A stretch of 64,000 nucleotides of DNA from Alphaproteobacteria bacterium (GCA_965216645.1 CBDCGJ010000026.1:91540-155539); one strand, 5' to 3'. Shown: positions 54,085 to 64,000, numbered from the stretch's first letter. Notes: generated by a model from the sequence alone, not told the origin. Program-made: numbers and translations.

Positions 54085-55195
54085 CTAAGCCTCCCGCGCT
54101 TTGGCATGGTCGATGAAGAGGCCTTCGATGCGATCCTTCAACATGAACTCCAACGCGCCGCAGAACAGGATCACCAGACCTTGGATCACGACGACCAGCT
54201 CTCGCGTGATCTTCGGCATCTCGAACGCGAGAATTGTCCCGCCTTGATAAAGAGCGCCGAACAGCAGAGCCGATAATACGATGCCAACGGGATGATTACG
54301 CCCCATCAACGCTGCTGCGATACCGATGAAGCCGAAGCCGGCTGTGAAGTTCAAAAGAATACGGTGTTGCACACCCATCATTTCGTTGAGGCCGACAAAC
54401 CCGGCAAGTCCACCTGAAATGCACATGGCGAAGATGATAATCCGGGCGGGCTTAACGCCACCATAGACGGCCGCCGTTTCGTTGTGACCGACAGCGCGGA
54501 TGGCATAGCCCCAGCGGGTCCGCCAAATCAGCAGCCAGACCAGTACGCAGCATACCAGCGCCCAAATTGAATGCCGCGTTCAAAGGCGTGGCGCCGACCT
54601 TGACCCCAAACCAGCCCAGCATGTCATGGAAAAACGGTAGCCAGGCGCTCTCCGCGAATTCACGCGATTCCGGCGACATCTGACCTGGCTTGATCAGAAT
54701 GTTGACCAGCAGATAGTTCATCAGCGCACCGGCGATGAAATTGAACATGATCGTGGTGATCACGATATGGCTGCCGCGCTTAGCCTGCAGGTATGCCGGT
54801 ACGAAAGCCCAGCCCGCGCCGAATAAGGCACCGAACAGAATGCCGAGAGGCAAGATCAGAATGAAAGGCAGGTACTGGTCCGTCGCAAGGCAGATCAGCC
54901 CGACGCCGAGACCGCCAATATAAGCCTGCCCTTCGCCGCCGATATTGAACAACCCGGCATGGAAAGCGATGGCAACCGCGAGACCTGTAAAAATGATATT
55001 GGTCGCATAGTAGAGCGTGTAGCCGATCGAGTTTATCGAACCGAACGCACCCTCGACCAGAAACCCCATGGCGGTGAACGGGTTTTCGCCGATCGCGAGA
55101 ACGATCAATCCGGAGAAGAAGAAAGCCAGCATTACGTTGATCAACGGTATCAACAAATACCCGACCCAACGCGGCGCTTCCAAGTTCGATGTCAT
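54085..55195 (-). pseudogene. ABC transporter permease (first permease) interrupted by a 1-nt frameshift near 54566-54571
   Basis: The N-terminal part (MTSNLEAPRWVGYLLIPL...ATPLNAAF) lies in the frame of ORF 54452-56791. The C-terminal part (IWALVCCVLVWLLIWRTRWGYAIRAVGHNETAAVYGGVKPARIIIFAMCISGG...) continues in the frame of ORF 54085-54426, which is open from 54579. Deleting one A in TTCAATTTGG restores ...AAFIWALV... Confidence 0.75.
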
Positions 55196-56791
55196 GGCGC
55201 GGTCGCGCCTTTGGTTGGCGATTCCTTCCGGCACGATATTCGCCATCATCAAGCCCAACGCCCGCTCGTCCGCATCCGCCGCCAGGACTTCGCCGACAAT
55301 GTGACCATCGAACATCACCAATATTCGGTCGCTGAGGGACATAACTTCATCGAGTTCGACCGATACCAACAGCACCGCGCTGCCGCGATCCCGCATCTCT
55401 ATAAGGCTCTTGTGAATGAACTCGATCGCGCCAATATCGACACCCCGCGTCGGCTGTCCGACAAGAAGCACTTCCGGTGCCCGCTCCATATCGCGGGCCA
55501 GGACGATTTTTTGCTGGTTTCCGCCGGAGAAATTCGCCGTCCGAAGGTCCGGGTCTGGGGGACGAACATCGTAGGCCTGCATTTTCGCCTCGCAATCTCG
55601 CCGGACCGCGGGCAAGTCGAAAAGGACTGGGCCGTTATAAGCTGGATCGTCCTGATAGCCGAGCATGAACGATTCCATCGCCGAAAACTGGCGCACCAAT
55701 CCCATACGCAAGCGATCTTCCGGCACATGGGCAACGCCGATCTGACGCATGGCATGCGGGTCGATTGGATGTCCAGGAGTGACCTGCCGACCATTGATCT
55801 CGAACCGCCCCTGGGTAATTGGCGTGATACCGGATAGCGCGCTAAGCAATTCGCTTTGACCATTTCCCGACACGCCGGCAATGCCCACAATTTCGCCGGC
55901 GCGAACGTTGAACGTCACTTTGTCAACGCGGGGGACGTTCTTTTCGTCAACAACCGAGACCTCCGAAACATCGAGTTTCACGTCACCGATCTGGGGGTCG
56001 CTCTTCTCGACCCGTAGCAACACCTTTCGGCCGACCATTAATTCGGCTAGCTCCGATTCATTCGTCGCCTCGGTCGGGCGGTGCGCCACCATGCGACCGC
56101 CGCGCATAACCGATACCGTATCGGTGATTGCCATGATTTCACGCAGCTTATGGGTAATAAGCAGGATAGTGACACCCTGTTCCTTCAACGCCGACAGAAT
56201 TTGGAAAAGTCGGTCCGTCTCCTGCGGCGTCAGGACGCCTGTCGGTTCGTCGAGGATAAGAATGCGGGCGCCGCGGAAAAGCGCCTTAAGGATCTCCACC
56301 CGCTGCTGCACGCCGACGGGCAAGTCGCCGACGACAGCGTCGGCAGCGACCTCTAAGCCGTATTCCCGCTCCAGCCGATCGAGTTCGGTCCGCGCGGCGT
56401 CCAAGCTCTCGACCAGTAACGGTCCGGCTTCAGCCCCGAGAATGACATTCTCCAGCACCGTAAAGGTATCCACCAGCATGAAGTGCTGATGAACCATCCC
56501 AATGCCGGCAGAAATGGCGTCCTGAGTCGTTCGGATCTTCAACGGTTTGTCGCGAATTAGAATCTCGCCTCTATCGGCTTCGTAAAAGCCGTAGAGGATG
56601 CTCATAAGCGTCGATTTACCGGCGCCGTTCTCACCGATTATTCCGTGAATGACTCCCTGCTCGACTTTCAGAGAGACATCGTCGTTGGCCAAGACCGGAC
56701 CAAAGCGCTTGCTAACCCCGCGCAGTTCTATGGCTGGCGGCATGCCGGGGTGATTTACCGACACGCCGCCATTTTCAACCGTCTCGGCCAT
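54452..56791 (-). CDS. ORF as it stands: tandem-cassette ABC ATPase (residues 1-532) reading without a stop into the N-terminal part of the permease
   Basis: Two Walker A sites (GENGAGKST, GVSGNGQS) and two signature/Walker B sets (LILDEPT; NFSGGNQQKIVLAR...LLVGQPTRGVD). There is no stop codon before the permease Met at 55195. The ORF terminates at 54452 after the frameshift. Confidence 0.85.
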   Translation of the reverse strand: MAETVENGGVSVNHPGMPPAIELRGVSKRFGPVLANDDVSLKVEQGVIHGIIGENGAGKSTLMSILYGFYEADRGEILIRDKPLKIRTTQDAISAGIGMVHQHFMLVDTFTVLENVILGAEAGPLLVESLDAARTELDRLEREYGLEVAADAVVGDLPVGVQQRVEILKALFRGARILILDEPTGVLTPQETDRLFQILSALKEQGVTILLITHKLREIMAITDTVSVMRGGRMVAHRPTEATNESELAELMVGRKVLLRVEKSDPQIGDVKLDVSEVSVVDEKNVPRVDKVTFNVRAGEIVGIAGVSGNGQSELLSALSGITPITQGRFEINGRQVTPGHPIDPHAMRQIGVAHVPEDRLRMGLVRQFSAMESFMLGYQDDPAYNGPVLFDLPAVRRDCEAKMQAYDVRPPDPDLRTANFSGGNQQKIVLARDMERAPEVLLVGQPTRGVDIGAIEFIHKSLIEMRDRGSAVLLVSVELDEVMSLSDRILVMFDGHIVGEVLAADADERALGLMMANIVPEGIANQRRDRAMTSNLEAPRWVGYLLIPLINVMLAFFFSGLIVLAIGENPFTAMGFLVEGAFGSINSIGYTLYYATNIIFTGLAVAIAFHAGLFNIGGEGQAYIGGLGVGLICLATDQYLPFILILPLGILFGALFGAGWAFVPAYLQAKRGSHIVITTIMFNFIAGALMNYLLVNILIKPGQMSPESREFAESAWLPFFHDMLGWFGVKVGATPLNAAFNLGAGMLRTGLAADLADPLGLCHPRCRSQRNGGRLWWR

Positions 56792-56799
56792 CGAGGCCT

Positions 56800-57804
56800 C
56801 TAGTTCGGGCAGCTATTATCCGACATGTAGTCGTGGATCTTGATCTTGCCGGCGATGATGTCCTTACGCACGGCTTCGACCCGGGCCTTCATGTCGCCAT
56901 TGACCAGTTTGGCGTTATGTTCGTCCAAAGCCCAACCGACGCCATCCTCTGCCAAGCCGAGAACTTGAATGCCCGGTTTGAAGTTGCCGTCCTTGGCCGA
57001 CTTGAAAACATTGTAGGCCGCCACGTCGACCCGTTTCAGCATGGAGGTCAGCATCGTTCCAGGCTGCAAGTGATTTTGGTTGCTATCGACGCCAATCGCC
57101 AGCTTGCCGTTGTCTTTCGCCGCTTGATAGACGCCGACACCCGTGCCGCCGGCGGCGGCATAGACCACGTCGGCGCCGCGATCAAACTGGCTCTTGGCCA
57201 GCTCGCCGCCTTTGGTCGGATTGTTCCAAGCGCTCGGATCGGTCCCGGTCATGTTTTGCAAAACCTCGACATTCGCGTTCTGGAATTTGGCGCCTTGTAC
57301 ATAACCGCATGCGAACTTCCGGATCAGCGGTATATCCATACCGCCGACGAACCCGACCTTGCCGGATTTCGACGCCATGGCGGCGAGCACACCGACGAGG
57401 AAAGACCCTTCATGTTCCTTGAACACGATGGACTGCACATTCGGCAAATCAACCACCATATCGATGATTGCGAACCGAAGGTTCGGGAACTCCTTCGCCA
57501 CTTTCTCCAAAGCGGGGGCCTGGGCGAATCCGATCCCAAGGATCGGATCCGAGCCCTTTTGCGCCATCCGGCGAAGCGCCTGCTCGCGTTGCGTTTCATT
57601 GGTCACTTCGAACTCGGCATAGGTGATACCGGTTTCCTTGCGGAATTTCTCGACACCGTTATAGACGCCTTCGTTGAAGGACTTGTCGAACTTGCCGCCC
57701 ATGTCGAATACCACGGCAGGCGTTACGTCCGCCGCCTGCGACACGCCGACAGTCAGCGCAAGGGCGAATACGCTTGCGCTCGCAATAGAAGTCAAGGTTT
57801 TCAT
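56800..57804 (-). CDS. BMP-family ABC transporter substrate-binding protein (nucleoside-binding type)
   Basis: 334 aa with a signal peptide. Shows ...DKSFNE..Y.G......E.G........E...........R..A..G.DPI.GIGF and ...GVGVYQAAKD.GK.AIGVDSNQ. Confidence 0.9.
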   Translation of the reverse strand: MKTLTSIASASVFALALTVGVSQAADVTPAVVFDMGGKFDKSFNEGVYNGVEKFRKETGITYAEFEVTNETQREQALRRMAQKGSDPILGIGFAQAPALEKVAKEFPNLRFAIIDMVVDLPNVQSIVFKEHEGSFLVGVLAAMASKSGKVGFVGGMDIPLIRKFACGYVQGAKFQNANVEVLQNMTGTDPSAWNNPTKGGELAKSQFDRGADVVYAAAGGTGVGVYQAAKDNGKLAIGVDSNQNHLQPGTMLTSMLKRVDVAAYNVFKSAKDGNFKPGIQVLGLAEDGVGWALDEHNAKLVNGDMKARVEAVRKDIIAGKIKIHDYMSDNSCPN

Positions 57805-58162
57805 GATGCCTCCGTTTGGCTATTGATTTGAGAGTGGTTGAGAAAACTCTGGGCCAGAGCAAGTCGAGAGTCCAGTGACATGTTTCGCCACTATCGCTCT
57901 ATCGATCGAGGGTCGGGCCGGTGCTTCGCCGATTCGCCGGATCGCAACAGGCCGGCTTGCATGGCGATCTGTTTCAGTGTCGCTGCCGGGTCGCGGTGGC
58001 AGAACCCAGACGCCCATCCACCGCAAACAGAGGCACATCGAATATCCGCTAAAGTCATCCCCCGATCCTCCACGGAAAGCTGTTGCCAGCCAGAAATTGT
58101 TTTTATTGTGTCGTCAGTTCAGTCTACTTCCAGGCCAAGCATGGAACAAGCGTAAAGCCAGA

Positions 58163-58915
58163 ATGATACCCGTCACCCGACTAGGCATGTTGACCCCGTC
58201 CTCCAACACCGTATTGGAGCCGATGTCCGATCGGATATTGTCCGAGTTGACGGACGTCAGCTTGCATTTCGCGCGATTTCGGGTCCAAGAGATTTCCATG
58301 ACAGACACCGCCATACAGCAATTCGACCGCTCCGCAATCTTAGCGGCCGCAACGTTACTGGCAGACGCAAAAGTGGATTGTATAGCCTGGAACGGCACGT
58401 CCGCCGGATGGCTCGGGTTCGATAGCGATCGCCGCTTGTGCGAGGAAATCGAGGCGCATACAGGCATTCCCGCCACAACGTCGGTCCTGGCGTTGAACGA
58501 GGCTTTCGAACTTACGAAAGTTCGGCGTTTCGCTTTAGTTACGCCCTATCTCGACGAAATTCAGAATCGCATTATCGAGAACTTCCGACAAGCGGGCTAC
58601 GACTGCGTTGCGGAACGCCACCTAAATGATCGAGGAAATTTCAGTTTCGCAGATTATACAGAGTTGCAAATCGAAGAACTCGCCCGTCAAGTCACCGAAG
58701 CAAAGCCTGACGCCATCGTCATCTTCTGCACGAATTTCCGCGGCGCCCCGATTGCCGATAAGCTGGAGAAAACTCACGGCATCCCGATATACGACACCGT
58801 GTCGACGGCCATCTGGCGGAGTCTGCTGATTTCGAATGCCGACGCGGCTCGCGTCAAAGGTTGGGGAAGTTTGTTTTCCCTGCCCGGATCAGTCGAAGAC
58901 GATGACGTTGCGTAG
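58163..58915 (+). CDS. Asp/Glu/hydantoin racemase-superfamily protein (maleate isomerase / arylmalonate decarboxylase-like)
   Basis: 250 aa from ATG 58163. Shows GMLTPSSNTVLEP, ...IAWNGTSAGW... and ...AIVIFCTNFRG... The upstream part of the 346-aa ORF is Arg/Pro-rich with no homology signal. Confidence 0.75.
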   Translation: MIPVTRLGMLTPSSNTVLEPMSDRILSELTDVSLHFARFRVQEISMTDTAIQQFDRSAILAAATLLADAKVDCIAWNGTSAGWLGFDSDRRLCEEIEAHTGIPATTSVLALNEAFELTKVRRFALVTPYLDEIQNRIIENFRQAGYDCVAERHLNDRGNFSFADYTELQIEELARQVTEAKPDAIVIFCTNFRGAPIADKLEKTHGIPIYDTVSTAIWRSLLISNADAARVKGWGSLFSLPGSVEDDDVA

Positions 58916-59986
58916 CGCCGCGCCGGACTTTACGGACGCAATTGCGTCATTGATTTCCGACAACGGATAGGTCTGGCTTATCAACTCGTCGAGCAACAAT
59001 TGGCCGGACAGATAGAGTTGCGCGAATTCTGGAATGTCCCGAGCCGGTACGGACGATCCCATCTTGCTGCCGAGTACTCGGACTTCGTTATGCGCGACAC
59101 CGACCAGGCTGAGCGGTAGATTTGCGCCTTCCGCCGGCATCCCAACGACGACCATTCCGCCGCCCCGCCGCAACAGCGCCATGCCTTGCTCAAAGGCCTG
59201 AAGGTGCCCGACGGTGACGAAGACGTGATCGAAACCCAAACCTTTCGTCAACGCTCTGGCCTGTTCCACAAACGCCGCCCCGTCCGCACGTAGAACGTTC
59301 CTGGCGCCGAACTTGCGGGCGATTTCCAGTTTTTCGTCAACGATATCGACGGCGACGACGAGCTCAGCCCCCGCCAGCACCGCGCCCTGCACACTATTTA
59401 GGCCGACGCCGCCGCAACCGATGATCGCCACCGTTTGTCCAGGGGAAACTTGCGCGGTATTGCGCACAGCGCCCGCTCCCGTAATAACCCCGCAGGCCAA
59501 TAGACTTGCCGGCAACAACGCCAACTCGTTGGGAATGGGAATAGCCTGAGACTGATCCACAACCACATAGTCGGCAAACCCGCCGACGCTAATACCTGCC
59601 CTGATTGGCCTGCCCGTCTTGTCCGTCAGACGACTTTGCGAAACAAGAGAGAATTCATGGGAACAAAGATATGGCGACCCGGCGAGGCAGAATGCGCAGT
59701 TTCCGCAAGTGCGGATCAGCGTTACGACGACCCGATCACCCGGAGTTAGGCCACCCACTTCCGCACCAACACTTTCCACAGTGCCGGCCGCCTCATGACC
59801 GTAAACAACGGGCAGGTCATCCGTCCAGGCCCCGTCAATGGCGTGAATGTCGCTGTGACAAATGGCACAAGCCTCTAGCCTGACGCGGATTTCGCCTTCG
59901 CCAGGATCGTCTACCGTGATCTGCTCGATGGAAAGCGGTTCGCCGAATCGGCGGCAAACGGCGGCGCTCGCGGTTAGTTTTGCCAT
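58889..59986 (-). CDS. Zinc-dependent alcohol dehydrogenase family oxidoreductase
   Basis: 365 aa from ATG 59986. Shows ...VRLEACAICHSDIH, GHEAAG.V, the structural Zn Cys cluster C..C..C.......C, and the GCGGVGL Rossmann motif. Confidence 0.9.
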   Translation of the reverse strand: MAKLTASAAVCRRFGEPLSIEQITVDDPGEGEIRVRLEACAICHSDIHAIDGAWTDDLPVVYGHEAAGTVESVGAEVGGLTPGDRVVVTLIRTCGNCAFCLAGSPYLCSHEFSLVSQSRLTDKTGRPIRAGISVGGFADYVVVDQSQAIPIPNELALLPASLLACGVITGAGAVRNTAQVSPGQTVAIIGCGGVGLNSVQGAVLAGAELVVAVDIVDEKLEIARKFGARNVLRADGAAFVEQARALTKGLGFDHVFVTVGHLQAFEQGMALLRRGGGMVVVGMPAEGANLPLSLVGVAHNEVRVLGSKMGSSVPARDIPEFAQLYLSGQLLLDELISQTYPLSEINDAIASVKSGAALRNVIVFD

Positions 59987-59999
59987 GACGCCCGCCGAT

Positions 60000-62186
60000 T
60001 CAAGCGCCGAACTTCGCTTTCGCTTCGCGTCGCCGGGCATGCAGGATCGGTTCCGTATAACCGTTCGGTTGCTCGACGCCTTTGAACACAAGGTCGCAGG
60101 CAGCCTGGAAAGCGACGCTGCCGTCCAAGTCGTCGGACATATTGCGGTAAAGCGGGTCGCCGGCGTTTTGCCGATCCACGACTGCGGCCATACGGCTAAG
60201 CGTTTCTCGCACTTGCTCTTCGCTGCAGACCCCGTGGGTCAACCAATTCGCCAGATGTTGACTGGAAATCCTCAGCGTAGCCCGATCTTCCATCAGACCA
60301 ACGTCATTGATGTCCGGTACTTTGGAACAACCGACGCCTTGATCGATCCATCGGACCACATAGCCCAAGATACCTTGTGCGTTATTGTCCAGTTCCGCTT
60401 GGATTTCCTCCGGCGACAAGTTTTCGCCATGAGATAAAGGTATGGTCAGGATGTCGTTCAAGTCGGCCTTGTCGCGGGACGCGAGTTCGTTTTGCCTCTC
60501 TGTGACCGACACCTCATGATAATGGGTCGCATGCAAAGTCGCCGCGGTCGGCGACGGCACCCAAGCCGTATTCGCACCCGCCATAGGATGCGCAACTTTG
60601 GCTTCCAACATTTGCTTCATTTCGTCCGGCATGGCCCACATGCCCTTGCCGATCTGCGCCTTGCCCCGCATGCCCGTCTCTATGCCAACATCGACGTTCC
60701 AATCTTCGTAAGCCGAAATCCAGGGTTGTCCCTTGATCGCGTCTTTACGCAGGAACGGACCGGCGCGCATGCTCGTGTGTATCTCGTCGCCTGTGCGATC
60801 CAAGAAGCCTGTATTAATGAACATCAATCTACCGGAGACAGCGCGGATGCATTCCTTGAGATTGATGGTTGTTCGCCGCTCCTCATCCATGACGCCGACT
60901 TTGATGGTATGTCTGGCCATGCCGAGTGCGTCTTCGACGCGGTCGAACAGTTCGTTTGTGAACGCCGCTTCTTCCGGTCCATGCATCTTGGGCTTCACCA
61001 CATACATGCTTCCGGTTCGGCTGTTGCGGTACTTGCCCAGTCCTTTGAGGTCGTGGAGTGCACAGAGACCGGTGATCATGGCATCCATGATACCTTCCGG
61101 TATCTCTTTCCCGTCTTTGTCCAAGATGGCGTCATTGGTCATCAAGTGACCGACGTTGCGGACCAACAGCAAACTCCGGCCGTGCAAGACAAGCGGCTCG
61201 CCCGCCGGCGTCAAAAACTCTCGATCCGGATTGAGCGCTCGGGAGACCGTGCTCCCCCCTTTCTCGAATTGATCGGTCAACTTACCGTTCATCAATCCGA
61301 GCCAGTTGGTGTAAACGAGCGTCTTGTCTTCCGCATCGACGGCCGCGACGGAATCTTCACAATCCTGGATGGTGGTCAAAGCAGACTCCAAAACCACGTC
61401 CTTCACGCCGGACGGGTTCGAACGACCGACCGGATGATCACGGTCGATTTGAATATCGATATGCAAGCCATTGTTCTTAAGCAGGACATTGGTCAAAGCA
61501 TCGTCGCCCAAATAGCCAACGAACTTCTCCGGCTCACGCAAAGCCACAATGTCGCCATTCGCCAGTTCCGCTTCCAACTTACTCCCTGTGCGGTGATAGG
61601 AAACGACGTTCCTGTGAGAGCCGCTTGTCAAAGGCGCGGCACGGTCGAGGAAATTCGCCGCGGCCGCGATTACTTCTTCGCCGCGCCTTGGATTGTAGGC
61701 GCCACCCCGCTCGCAGCCATCGTCCTCGGCGATGACGTCGGTACCATAGAAAGCGTCATACAAACTCCCCCAACGCGCGTTGGCGGCGTTTAGGGCGTAG
61801 CGGGCATTACTGACGGGTACAACCAATTGCGGGCCGGCGACGCGCGCGATTTCATCGTCCACATTGCTGGTCGTGATGGCGAAGTCATCGCCTTCCGGCA
61901 ACAAATACCCAATCTCCGTCAAGAATGATTTGTAATTCGCCATTTCAATGGTTTGACCACGCCGGGCTTCAAGCCATTCGTCGATCCGTTGTTGCAACTC
62001 GTCCCGTTTGGCTAAGAGTTGACGGTTTTTTGAACCCAAGTCCGAAATGATCGATTCGAAAGCTTGCCAGAATCCCACCTCATCTACCCCGGTGCCCGGC
62101 AAGGCTTCTTGGGCGATAAAGTCATCCAGAATTGCGGCGACTTGAAGTCCGCCACGTTGTTTCCTTTGCATCATCTGCCTTTCCAA
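60000..62186 (-). CDS. glcB: Malate synthase G
   Basis: 728 aa. Shows ...[14 protein letters not shown]...LF...E..L........[15 protein letters not shown] and ...[13 protein letters not shown]. Confidence 0.95.
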   Translation of the reverse strand: MERQMMQRKQRGGLQVAAILDDFIAQEALPGTGVDEVGFWQAFESIISDLGSKNRQLLAKRDELQQRIDEWLEARRGQTIEMANYKSFLTEIGYLLPEGDDFAITTSNVDDEIARVAGPQLVVPVSNARYALNAANARWGSLYDAFYGTDVIAEDDGCERGGAYNPRRGEEVIAAAANFLDRAAPLTSGSHRNVVSYHRTGSKLEAELANGDIVALREPEKFVGYLGDDALTNVLLKNNGLHIDIQIDRDHPVGRSNPSGVKDVVLESALTTIQDCEDSVAAVDAEDKTLVYTNWLGLMNGKLTDQFEKGGSTVSRALNPDREFLTPAGEPLVLHGRSLLLVRNVGHLMTNDAILDKDGKEIPEGIMDAMITGLCALHDLKGLGKYRNSRTGSMYVVKPKMHGPEEAAFTNELFDRVEDALGMARHTIKVGVMDEERRTTINLKECIRAVSGRLMFINTGFLDRTGDEIHTSMRAGPFLRKDAIKGQPWISAYEDWNVDVGIETGMRGKAQIGKGMWAMPDEMKQMLEAKVAHPMAGANTAWVPSPTAATLHATHYHEVSVTERQNELASRDKADLNDILTIPLSHGENLSPEEIQAELDNNAQGILGYVVRWIDQGVGCSKVPDINDVGLMEDRATLRISSQHLANWLTHGVCSEEQVRETLSRMAAVVDRQNAGDPLYRNMSDDLDGSVAFQAACDLVFKGVEQPNGYTEPILHARRREAKAKFGA

Positions 62187-62711
62187 TTAACCGTCAACAC
62201 GCTGCAGTTGTTCGCGAAACAACTGGCTTTTCTTGCGGTATGAGTCTGCCGACCTTCGGTTGCCGGCAATTTCCTCGTTCGACAGCATACGAACGACTTT
62301 GCCGGGCGAGCCCAGCACCATAGCGCCATCCGGTATTTCCTTACCCTCGGTCACCAGAGCATTGGCCCCGATCAAGCAGTTTTTGCCGATCACCGCTCCG
62401 TTCAACACGATCGCACCTATGCCGATCAGGCTGTTTTCTCCAATCGTACAACCGTGCAGCATCACCATATGGCCGACAGTCACATCCTCGGCAATATCGA
62501 CAGGACAGCCGGGATCCGTATGCAGGACACACCCATCTTGGATATTGCTGCCTGCACCGACCGCTATCGGTTCTCCGTCGCCGCGCAATACGGCACCCCA
62601 CCAAACGCTGCTCGCGGCAGCCAGCGACACTTTTCCCATAACCGCTGCTGTCGGCGCGACCCAGCTATCCTTATTAATCGTTGGTGAAACACCTGCGAGC
62701 GTGTAGATCAT
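62187..62711 (-). CDS. Gamma-class carbonic anhydrase family (hexapeptide-repeat) protein
   Basis: 174 aa. Shows [12 protein letters not shown]...[12 protein letters not shown]...I.VG..SNIQDG.VLH. Its stop abuts the glcB start. Confidence 0.88.
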   Translation of the reverse strand: MIYTLAGVSPTINKDSWVAPTAAVMGKVSLAAASSVWWGAVLRGDGEPIAVGAGSNIQDGCVLHTDPGCPVDIAEDVTVGHMVMLHGCTIGENSLIGIGAIVLNGAVIGKNCLIGANALVTEGKEIPDGAMVLGSPGKVVRMLSNEEIAGNRRSADSYRKKSQLFREQLQRVDG

Positions 62712-62956
62712 CCGCTTTCCCTAAAATTCTTAATCGCCGGTTTGTATACGGAGCGAGCGCCGGAACCAAACGATTATTTGCGACGACCAACGTCGTTGGA
62801 ACGCAGGTCAAGCCAATGCCCGACTTAAGCGTTAAATCTATCGTTTGTCTTTTTTCAGGCGATCGATTATGGTTTCGCCTAATTACAAAATACGAATATT
62901 AGGAATGCTGGATCGGGCCGGTGTTCCAACACAAATTTTTACAAAGGGGATTCCGG

Positions 62957-64000
62957 ATGCGAACTCTTTCCAGGAAACAATTTACCTATGCCATTGCGGC
63001 CTGTGCCATGGCGCTAACCATGGGCTATGACGCGGCCATCGCGAAAACCTACAAACTTCGCTACTCCGACCTCGGGCCGCCCCGCGGACCGCGCGCGGAA
63101 GCGATGAAGTGGTGGGCGGACGAAATCAAGAAGCAAACCGACGGTCAGGTCGAGATCGAGTTTTTCTGGAGCCAAGCCTTGGTCAAAGGCAAGGAAACCA
63201 TGAAAGCCGTCGGCTCCGGTTTGGTCGATCTTGGCTCAATTCTCGGCGTCTACACACCTGCGGACGTGCCGATTTGGAACCTCGCCAACGCGCCTTTCGG
63301 CGGCCGGGACGCGTGGGTCGGTATGATGACTTGGCAGCAAATGCGTAAGGAACTGCCGGAACTGCGTAAAGAAACCGAGAAAAAGAATGTCGTGATCCTG
63401 TCCAATTTCACCACAGGCCCGGTCGATATTTTGTCCAAGGAGCCGGTATTGAAATTGGAGGACATCAAAGGCAAGAAATTCCGAGCCACGGGTGGCTGGG
63501 GCAGTCTTCTGAAACGACTGGGCGCCGTGCCCGTCCGGATCGGCATGGGTGAACTTTATCAAGCTCTGGATAAAGGCACTGTCGACGCCACGATCAATTA
63601 CATATACGCCGTCAAAGCCTACAAGCATTACGAAGTTTCCGGTCATTTGACGGAAATTCAGATGGGCCAGGTGTTGGGATACGGTATCGGCATTAACAAG
63701 CGGACTTGGCAAAAAATGCCAAAGGACATCCGCGACAAAATTCAGGCGGCAAGCGACGAACTGATAAACCAGTATGCCCGCCGGCTCATCGACAACACTA
63801 ATAATTCGCGCAAGGAAATGCAGGAAGGCATCGACGGCAAGAAAGTCACCTTCCACGTATTACCTGACGAAGAACGTGATCGTTGGCGAAAGGAATCGGA
63901 GTATTTCGTCGCTGAATGGTCGGAAAAAATGAAGAAAAAAGGCGTGGATGCGGAAAAGATTGTCGCCACAATGAAAGAAATCCGCGCCAAATACGAAGCC
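62957..64000 (+). CDS. TRAP transporter substrate-binding protein (DctP family), 3' end outside window
   Basis: This ORF is not in the supplied track because it has no in-window stop. ATG 62957 has an AAGGGGA SD 6 nt upstream. A signal peptide (MRTLSRKQFTYAIAACAMALTMGYDAAIA) is followed by 348 open codons to the window edge. Shows ...RATGGWGSLLKRLGAVPV.IGMGELYQALDKGTVDA... Confidence 0.8.
   Translation, partial: MRTLSRKQFTYAIAACAMALTMGYDAAIAKTYKLRYSDLGPPRGPRAEAMKWWADEIKKQTDGQVEIEFFWSQALVKGKETMKAVGSGLVDLGSILGVYTPADVPIWNLANAPFGGRDAWVGMMTWQQMRKELPELRKETEKKNVVILSNFTTGPVDILSKEPVLKLEDIKGKKFRATGGWGSLLKRLGAVPVRIGMGELYQALDKGTVDATINYIYAVKAYKHYEVSGHLTEIQMGQVLGYGIGINKRTWQKMPKDIRDKIQAASDELINQYARRLIDNTNNSRKEMQEGIDGKKVTFHVLPDEERDRWRKESEYFVAEWSEKMKKKGVDAEKIVATMKEIRAKYEA

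Noticed and set aside
57805-58162. 358-nt divergent intergenic region upstream of the nucleoside ABC operon, examined for a purine, 2'-dG or other riboswitch.
   Set aside because: It contains only short GC hairpins. I saw no match to the purine-riboswitch core or any other leader motif I can recall. A covariance-model scan would be needed to exclude one.
58889-58915. 27-nt convergent overlap between the 3' ends of the racemase-like gene and the Zn-ADH gene.
   Set aside because: Both C-termini look plausible, and the overlap may simply be tolerated. The acidic tail of the racemase-like ORF (SVEDDDVA) could also be read-through beyond the conserved core. Nothing testable from sequence alone.
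1-64000. Whole-window scan for CRISPR arrays, rRNA or tRNA genes, IS elements, integrases, prophage or defence-system genes.
   Set aside because: Nothing was found. All gaps longer than 100 nt are promoter-type intergenic regions. The only repeats are the flagellin/flaF paralogues and the short upstream motifs reported above.

Overview
GC-rich, densely coding chromosomal window that looks alphaproteobacterial. The evidence is FlaF/FlbT/FliX flagellar regulators, short flagellins, a GTTC-N7-type SOS box and an MloK1-type channel. I found no rRNA, tRNA, CRISPR, transposase or integrase. Blocks from left to right: (1) Housekeeping genes: icd 3' end, a cNMP-gated K+ channel, alaS and recA. (2) An 11-kb, ten-gene minus-strand operon (5827-17037) preceded by an FNR/FixK-type box. 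It is built around a Tat-exported Nap-clade molybdoenzyme. Its partners are a five-haem NapC/NirT protein, a dihaem cytochrome c, NapG/NapH/NapG', a FixH-like secreted protein, a CcoG-like membrane polyferredoxin, a NapF-like ferredoxin and a secreted DUF255 thioredoxin-fold protein. NapD and NapB are absent. This is my best candidate for an undescribed system. (3) 3-hydroxyanthranilate dioxygenase and a DapA-family enzyme. (4) A 26-kb flagellar supercluster (18.8-45 kb). It contains a CckA-like hybrid kinase, flhB-fliRQE-flgCB, fliOP, a MotB-like/AMIN-TPR module, fliLM, flgFGAH, dksA, fliX, flgIJ, flaG, two flagellin-flaF modules and flbT. It carries several sigma54-type promoters and a recurring upstream motif. 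(5) A nucleoside/deoxyribose catabolic operon: BMP-type ABC transporter, cdd, PNP, deoC, a didomain ALDH, deoA, deoB and a PhyH-type dioxygenase. One transporter gene is frameshifted and reads in frame from the ATPase gene. (6) A racemase-superfamily gene, a Zn-ADH, glcB, a gamma-carbonic anhydrase and a truncated TRAP binding protein. All functional calls come from reading the translations and recalling family motifs; no database search was possible.
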